A program made the translations under genes and the position numbers. The notes beneath the pieces were generated by a model. That model searched no databases, was not told the DNA's origin, and was given only the letters and a program-made list of their open reading frames with translations. From Tubiluchus corallicola (taxonomy: Eukaryota > Animalia > Priapulida), in assembly GCA_030141605.1 (NCBI GenBank), contig JAQGDQ010000351.1, positions 124,001-188,000 on the forward strand: DNA of 64,000 nucleotides, in the 5' to 3' direction. Numbering within the stretch: the stretch's first letter is position 1; the number at the start of each line of letters is the position of its first letter. Positions 57,501 through 64,000 of this stretch are shown here, piece by piece.

Positions 57501-60500
57501 AAGATTAAAATGAAAAGTTGAAAATATTCTTACGACATTTTAGAAAATAGAATGTATTCTTGTATTCCACATAAAAAGGTCACACCATGTAAGACAGTCA
57601 CAAACACCATTCTTAAAACATATGAACAGCCACACTTCATTAATGAGTTGTTTCTGATTTATAAAGACAATACAGGCATAATGAAAAGCATTAACACTGA
57701 AACAGCTAAAACTATTCTTGAAAACAGCATTTTTAAGCAATAACAATAAAAGCTTAACCACACGCCATAATGCACAAAATGCCGACAAAGCAGTTAAAAG
57801 TTTGGGATTTTTATCGTAACACTAAATGTAAAATTTTGTTTTATTTATTAGGATGAACAGACTTAAACCGGTCTGTTTACAGAAGCAACTTTTTGCAGTA
57901 AGTGGTGCAACACATACATAGGGAGACCTTTTGGAATTTAATTCTGACTGAGGTTGCAAGAATGTTTTGCTGAAAGAGTTACTCCTGCAAATGCACCAAT
58001 ACGCCCTTCTTCACCTGGAGCAGTAGGTGGAGCAGTCGGTCTCCACTGTGGCTGTCTAGATGGTGGTGGTGCAGTCGAAGCCGGCGCAAATCCACCACCA
58101 TTCTGTTTAGCAGTAGGTGGTGGTGTAGCCTTCACAACTGGCGGTGTTGTAGTTGCTGCCGATGGTGGTGGTGGCGGCGGTGGTGGTCCTACACTAGCTT
58201 GGGAAGCTACAGGTTGTGCGGGTGGAGCTATATCTGGGAAAACATGCAAAAGACATACATATACCTTAAATGCACAACAAGTTTCTGATTCATGCAGGTT
58301 TTTATGCAACATTCTTGGACATTTCAACTTTATGAAGCACATGTCATAAAAGTTACACCAAATGAAAGACACAAACTGGCTTAAACACACTTGCTAAAAA
58401 TGCTGCCACAACCTCTAATGCAATTTCAAAAAGCAACAAAGTTTAGCTGGCTTATATGACAATATACAAAAAATCACAACCACTTATATGTAATAACAGT
58501 GACACTTATGCAAAAAATTTAAATAACCAAGCATAGCACAAAACCATCATGCGATATTACAATAAGTTTGTGCAACGTTTTTGGGATCTGTTGTCACTGA
58601 AAACACACAGTTGTACACAAATAACAGCAACTGTTGCACGCTAGGCAAAAAAGCAAAAATTTTAAAGCTACATTTAAGAGATTGCCGTACTATGAGTTTT
58701 GCACAGCTAATTTCATGATGCTGTGAATGAAATGATAAATCCAATTTTTTCTGTGAAAGAAATATAGCTTCTGTATGGCTTCTGTGCCTACCTTGATTTT
58801 GTCTACAATGTAAATTAATCGTTTGTTAAAATAGTATGAAATTCATTTGTGAAGCATACATCACATACCCTAGAGTTTAACTCAGATCACCTAAATACAT
58901 AAATAGTCATTTATCCAGGGTGTGGTTGGGGCAAAGGGATTTAAAAAGGAAAAAAATGAGTGACATGGGCATTGTATTCAAACCTCAAGAAGTTGTGCAG
59001 GGCAGAGTGTATCTTGATGATATACAGATGATATGTTGAAGAGTGAAGTTATGAGACAGGATTAGTAGTGCTGACCAGAGGAAAAGGATAAACCTGGTTG
59101 CGAGATCTGATGTTTGATGTAGCATGAAGTTAGTTTGGCCACGTTCAAAGGATGGAGGAAACAAACTGAGTAAAGTATGTCACCCAACTTCGAATTCACA
59201 ATGCGATAACTGTTGGCCAGCCTAGAAAGAAGTGGTACAAAGTTATGGAAGTTGACCTCAAGGTGTGCTATCTGCAGCCTGAGCTACCAATGGCACACAC
59301 AAGTCCAGTCATCCTTATTGGAAATGTGGACTTAAATGTTGATGATGATGATGATGATGATGATGGTGATGATTATGATGGTGATGATGATGACGACGAC
59401 GACGATGATGATGAAGATGATGATGGTGGTGGTGGTGATGATGACCATGATGACGATGTAACATGTATGAGCTGACCCTAATGCCACTCTAAAAGAAGTC
59501 TGTTGCTTCTAAATATGAAGTAAAGGTCTTGCTTACAGAAAAAAAACAGCAAGACGTTCTCATTCCAAACTGGCTTCTGGTCAACACACTGACAAGCAAA
59601 GTGATTAATTCACTGCCTTAAAGCTACACACCAAGATGCATCAATTCTTCCCAGCACATATACACACATGATGTGGAACAAATTCAGCAAAGAAAAGAAA
59701 TACACAAGAGTGCAGTATCACACACAATACAGCTGTCCAAGTACAGTAAAGCAAAAGCATGTGAAAACGAAACTGTTTCTCATTTTAATAAATCATTCAG
59801 TTTTGAGTGGTTTAGACTGCTAAACTTGTATACATTCAATAATAAGAAAAGTGACAGTACTACTGTCCATGTTGGTCTACATGTGTTATGTTAAATTCGA
59901 GTTAAATGCAAAAAACTTTAAAATAAATGCTATGAAAACTATATGTGGCATTTCAAGTAGTATTCAAGTCAAATTTCAAGTGACTACAATAAAAATTACT
60001 TTTATTAGCAACAAAATCAGAAATTTTGTAAAAAATGAAAATAAATGGGTGCTAGCCTATATAGTGGAGTGTGACAGTTTCTGGGCATTTCTATAGTGAA
60101 GCATGCTTTCACAGTACATTAGAGTACTATTGACAGTACTAAACAAACAGGAATAGAAAAGAACGGAAACTTTACAGCCAGTTTACCTGGTGCACTTGAT
60201 ATTGGTGCTGGTGCAGGAGGCTGATAAGAGGGAGCAGTCCAACTTTGTGCATTTGATGCCGGTGCCGGTGCCGGAGCCGGTGCAGTGTAGTTAGAAGTTG
60301 CATTCTGATACGGTGCAGCGCCGATGTCATCACCCTCCATAGGAGGCCAAGTGAATTTTTGACCACCTTGCGGAATAAACAAATACCCAAATACAGTGGA
60401 GGCTCCCCCAAAAAAGAAGTCACAGGTTGATGATGGCTGACAGTATGCCACAAAAGAGGTCATTTGCACAGCAGTAAATATGAAACCAAATCACAAAAAA

Positions 60501-61347
60501 ACAAAAATGAAGATTAAAGCAGAGTTGTGATTATCCAAGACGATTCACCGCACAGAATAAAGCAAAGAACAATGAGCATAAAATAAACAGTAAACAAAAT
60601 TAAAAAATATTTTACTTTCAATCCCAAATTTATAACTATTGTACTGAAAAATTTAGATCGAACAGTTGCAAAACTTAAAAAGCTTTTTTGACAACCAGTT
60701 TCTTTGGAAAAAGGGTCTACTTTAAAACAAATTAGGCACTACAGTCTACAATGAGACCCTGCAGAAACTTCTTTGTGACTTTTAGTGTTGCACGTTGTAA
60801 AAAATATCCTGGCTATACATGACTTGGATAATCATTTCTCTTCTGTATGGAACTTCACATCATTCTCAGTCAAAAATCAAAATATGCTGGGAATGTTTAA
60901 GCCACACTTTGCCCCTGTTTAATGAGCAGAAATTTAACATGTCCACAACACGCATCAAGTGCATCCTATTCATACAATCACATAACATTAAACAAGCAAG
61001 GAAATCTTATAGCAGACTGAATAGCAGACAAAAAAGGTTCAAGTTTAAAGTTTTACAACAAAACTTCACCACAAACAAAAAAATAACACTACTGGCAGAT
61101 AACAAAAGACAAAATGATAAATACAATAATGTACTAAAAAAACTTACCTGGCGTGTGTGGTTTTGGTATAGAAGAAGATGGTCTCCATGGTGTGGATACT
61201 GGTTGCTGCGTAGACCGTGGCTGTGTCCAACTTGGAGCAGAAGAAGGGGCGGGACGAGGACTGGTGGCAGCTGGCGCAGGTGCTGGGGCATTCACTGGAG
61301 CCTGAGCGTGGGCTGGCATGGCGGCGGGGGAAGAACCATATGTACCC
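48425..61347 (-). CDS. Zasp52: Partial (5'-incomplete) multi-exon PDZ-LIM gene, ALP/Enigma family, Zasp52/alp-1/LDB3-like. The window encodes about 412 aa: Pro-rich linker plus 3 C-terminal LIM domains. PDZ/ZM exons are presumably beyond the window end.
   Basis: Eight exon positions join with GT-AG boundaries and consistent phases into one ORF. The C-terminus PRRGRG...[32 protein letters not shown]...DCLNAM...DWNEMFTTKC...EAGDHWVEALGNNYHSQCF...LEGQSFYAKAGRPYCK closely matches the recalled Zasp52 C-terminal LIM triplet. Confidence 0.92.
48955..49160. repeat. Degenerate ~19-bp tandem repeat (tttggtactg.gaaa), probably a DNA-transposon subterminal array
   Basis: Recurring ttggtac motif in the last intron. 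Confidence 0.5.
50033..50148 (-). CDS. Zasp52: Zasp-like exon, last LIM first half (WNEMFTTKCHGCGYSIEAGDHWVEALGNNYHSQCFKCM)
   Basis: Acceptor ctttgtag|AT, donor ATG|gtaaga, 116 nt, phase 1 to 0. Confidence 0.95.
51003..51123 (-). CDS. Zasp52: Zasp-like middle-LIM exon, variant B (DCLNAMEKQYHPDCFKCARCGRPFGNNSFFLEDGLPYCEK), mutually exclusive candidate
   Basis: Acceptor ttttatatag|GAC, donor AAGG|gtacgt, 121 nt, phase 0 to 1, all Zn ligands intact. Confidence 0.92.
51156..51276 (-). CDS. Zasp52: Zasp-like middle-LIM exon, variant A (DCLNAMERQWHPDCFICSRCGRSFGNDSFYVEDGIPYCEK), mutually exclusive candidate
   Basis: Acceptor actttcag|GAC, donor AAGG|gtaaga, 121 nt, phase 0 to 1, all Zn ligands intact. 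Confidence 0.92.
51434..51824. mobile_element. Tc1/mariner-type fold-back MITE in the intron upstream of exon A
   Basis: TA|CAGGGT...ACCCTG|TA ends, ~50-bp imperfect TIRs, internal inverted arms (ccaagacctccaacaagtgctgctag / ctagcagcacttggtggagtcttgg). Confidence 0.8.
52117..52205. mobile_element. Core of a decayed palindromic MITE
   Basis: taactcgcag/ctgcgagtta and aactcgcaatagc/gctattacgagtt inverted pairs around catgttcaa. Confidence 0.5.
53024..53210 (-). CDS. Zasp52: Zasp-like exon: first LIM body and first CxxC of middle LIM ([23 protein letters not shown]...YCEKDYEMYFAPRCSKCARPVVG)
   Basis: Acceptor ttttacag|A, donor GGA|gtgagt, 187 nt, phase 2 to 0. Confidence 0.95.
53600..53755 (-). 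mobile_element. Two tandem diverged SINE-head remnants
   Basis: cagagcctggatttgaact and cagagcctggacttgaact (minus-strand B boxes), with the same gtcaggac flank as the 12910 copy. Confidence 0.45.
54490..54830 (+). mobile_element. Possible Penelope-like retroelement remnant
   Basis: FFKSKTVIVFS...KCNSSRAIRCKKCK then (frameshift) FIKYINDFFS resembles the Penelope Cys-rich linker. A degenerate ctgagg...ccgaaacgttt hammerhead-like core lies at 54502-54536. Confidence 0.35.
55231..55795. repeat. 26-bp minisatellite, ~21 copies (gctctaatac[ga]acacaatcaacagaa), intronic
   Basis: Head-to-tail units without spacers, with decayed units on both flanks. Confidence 0.97.
56265..56394 (-). CDS. Zasp52: Zasp-like exon: end of linker and start of first C-terminal LIM ([42 protein letters not shown])
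   Basis: Acceptor ttctctgtag|GA, donor AG|gtaaat, 130 nt, phase 1 to 2, PRRGRG motif and CxxC. Not in the ORF track. Confidence 0.92.
58015..58233 (-). CDS. Zasp52: Zasp-like exon, poly-proline linker (IAPPAQPVASQASVGPPPPPPPPS...WRPTAPPTAP)
   Basis: Acceptor ttttcccag|AT, donor CCAG|gtgaag (weak), 219 nt, symmetric phase 1-1. Confidence 0.8.
58958..59458 (+). mobile_element. 5'-truncated, decayed RTE-clade LINE with (GAT)n tail, antisense in a Zasp intron
   Basis: Translates to TWAL...VKL*DRISSADQRKR...*FGHVQRMEETN*VK...GQPRKKWYKVMEVDLK, matching the RTE C-terminal WFGHV.RM...GRP.K.W motifs. A GAT repeat follows at 59340-59458. Confidence 0.8.
60187..60366 (-). CDS. Zasp52: Zasp-like exon, linker (GQKFTWPPMEGDDIGAAPYQN...PAPAPISSAP)
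   Basis: Acceptor ttattccgcaag| (AAG, weaker), donor CCAG|gtaaac, 180 nt, symmetric phase 1-1. Confidence 0.8.
61148..61347 (-). CDS. Zasp52: Zasp-like exon, Pro/Ala-rich linker (GTYGSSPAAMPAHAQAPVNAPAPAP...PKPHTP)
   Basis: Acceptor tttttcag|G, donor CCAG|gtaagt, 200 nt, phase 2 to 1, open frame. Confidence 0.85.
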
Positions 61348-64000
61348 CTGAAAAAATAAAATAACTTAATCACCTTCACTATACACTTTGTGATTAAGGA
61401 TTGTCAATTAATCAGTACAGCCTAACCTTCACTGAACCTCAAGGGTGTCAGTTAACAGTGGAATAACCCATACAGTAGCCTTTTTAAACGGCAGTGGTGT
61501 TATTACCCTCCTTAGCCAAAGAAAAACAAATGAAAAAATTCATTCTGAATTTAACCGTGTACATTCAATAAGTTCGTGAATAAAGCGAATTGCTTGTAAT
61601 AAACTTGATCTGACACTACATCTACAAAGAAAATGACAAACCAACACATGTGGTTTTACGTGTGGCTTGCCATTTTTTTATTGATACAATATCAGAAAAA
61701 TGTTCATGTTACAAGCTGGTCAAACTATCTAAATGCTGTACCAAGCATACACGATGCAAAATCTGAGTGCAGCAACACATACAGGTTTTTAGTGAATGTG
61801 CTTAATTTTCTGTCTCAGACTAACATATCTTGTTCTCCTGTGCATGCTTAATACAGAAATTTGTATCAACCAAAACCAGACCAGATCAATAAAATGTAAT
61901 TATTTAGTCAATTTTCACCTAATATTGTTTACTGACGTCACCAATGTCATAGTTTCCTTCATAAAAAAGTTGTAGTGTGCAGGCAAATTTTATACAAGAC
62001 GGTTAGCGTCAGATTATGTGCAGAGATTTTTTACCGTGTGCAACTAGTAGCGGCATTACCAATGATTTGTAAATTATTGGTTTAGTCCATTATCAATGCT
62101 GCAATAAGACTTGTATATATGTACTTTTAGTATTTAGGCCTGGCTGCATTGTAAGTTTATTGTTGCACTTTTGAATAAATTTTTACACAAGGAAACACAT
62201 CTCGATAAGGCCGCAACTTTAATATTTATTGTCTTGTTAATATGGATTAAACCTATTCAATTTTTGAGGTGCAGACAAGCATTAACTTTAATATGGGGTG
62301 ATGTAATCAACTACTGGCCAGTAAGGGTGAGCATGGAATATGCAAATTCGATTTGAACAGGTTTTTTACTTCAAATTCGACACAAACTTAACGTTATGGT
62401 TTCGAATAATTCAGTACATACTTCAACTACTAGTCTTTACGTCTTTATCATTAAAACGTTTGAAACAGCATGCAATCAGCACAATTTAGCCGTGAATCCT
62501 GTGCACAGTTTTAATATTTTACAGCAGAATAAAATCAAGTAATATACATGACCTTTGTGAGACCGTTTTTTATTAATGATTCGAAAATTAATTTGACAAT
62601 CTTCATAACTGACTAATTTGAATTCGCTTTCTGCTAGACAATGCCACCGACAGGATCATGATGATATTTTAGTTTTATTTGTAATGATTAATGCGCTATG
62701 TAAATAAAGCAAGTGACAACATGAATTTTCAAATTTTGATTTTATACATGTTATAATTGACTACAATGTCACCAGTGTTATCTGTGATTGTTAGCATATA
62801 CTACAAAAAAGAAAAACTCAAAAGTATGAAAGTTCAGTTTTTTCATTTTAAACAGTCAGGCCATATGAGCATCAATAATTTTACGTGAAGGTTCTTCCTA
62901 TTTTTTCAGAAATTTCTAGAACATAGATGAGATTAGAGCGTAAACACAAGCATCACGTATTGACACATACGTACACAGGGGTATTTCCTACCAAATATAG
63001 TACCCGGGTAACACAAGCTGGCTGGCAGGCTTGGCTCAAGGAGTGTGCCGTGTGCAAAACCAGAAGTTTCTGGAAGCCACTTGAAAGTATAACGTGTAAA
63101 ACTGTGCTACCCCGTTACGTCAAATATCTCCGTCACGACCTACACATCCTCATGGCGAGGTTAACCTAGTTCTTACGAGGCGTGATATTAAACGAAGCGA
63201 TCTCAACTACTGCAAATGTGTGGCATCCAGAATCATTTGCACGTTCTTGTTTATTTATTTACAAAACAGGCCTGCTGTAAACACTGCTAGGCTAGAAAAA
63301 TGGTCAGCAAGGGAAAGCTAGAAAGTAATCTGTAACCCAGGAAAGAGGCTGGGTTTCTTTGCTTCTCTTGAAATTACGAAAACGTGATAGATGCAGCTTT
63401 TCAGGCAGAAATAAGAGAAATTATTCACACAGCTTTAGATAGAGGTACTTTTTGTGTTTTACAAGAGAGGAAAGATGCTCTGTACCAGTATAAAAACATA
63501 CAAAGCGTACAAAAAGAAATTTATTGAGCTAACAGGTCGTTATTAGCTGTGATCAGAAAACAGCATTTGCACAGCACATTTTATTCAACGTTTTCTCAAG
63601 ATTGGCCAAGCATGTCGTCGAGACCATGCCTGGACCACCCATAATAATAAGCATCTCATCAAATGTATTTACACTTTTATTAAATACTGACATCACTGTA
63701 TCAAATGTTTAAATTTGACGTTGCTTTTATCGAGTACTGCAATTCATCAACAAATAAATCAACAACTTAAAAAATATTTCGAAAAGAATGTGTTTCTGAT
63801 ATGGCTACCTCAAACGGCAATCTCTTTCCGCCGTCAAACTACTTGGATTGTTTGTATAACAGCCAAGTCTGTGTTTTCTTATCGTAGACAGGTTACATCA
63901 ACACTGCAAAAGATTTTTTAATAGATATGCGTCTACAGGCGTACATGCTTTACAACCAGAAGTTGTTATGAGAGCTCCTTGAGATTTAAAAAAGGGAGTT

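Noticed and set aside
62927-63169. Possible further Zasp exon or separate ORF
   Set aside because: No recognisable PDZ/ZM/LIM peptide on the minus strand and no convincing phase-2 donor

Overview
AT-rich eukaryotic (invertebrate-animal-like) genomic DNA, not prokaryotic. The right-hand ~16 kb holds the 3' part of a minus-strand, multi-exon ALP/Enigma-family PDZ-LIM gene, most like Drosophila Zasp52 / C. elegans alp-1 / vertebrate LDB3-PDLIM5-PDLIM7. It has three Pro-rich linker exons, then exons for three C-terminal LIM domains ending at TAA 48425-48427. The main finding is a pair of tandem, paralogous 121-nt exons (51156-51276 and 51003-51123) that each encode most of the middle LIM domain and are separated by only 32 nt. 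Spacing and phase indicate mutually exclusive exons. In the left ~47 kb I found no credible coding exon. Across the window are microsatellites, a 26-bp minisatellite, decayed LINE/SINE/MITE/Helentron-like fragments, three mismatch-free fold-back palindromes, a ~140-nt imperfect hairpin and two degenerate hammerhead-like cores. All calls are by eye, and family assignments rest on recalled consensus motifs, not database searches.
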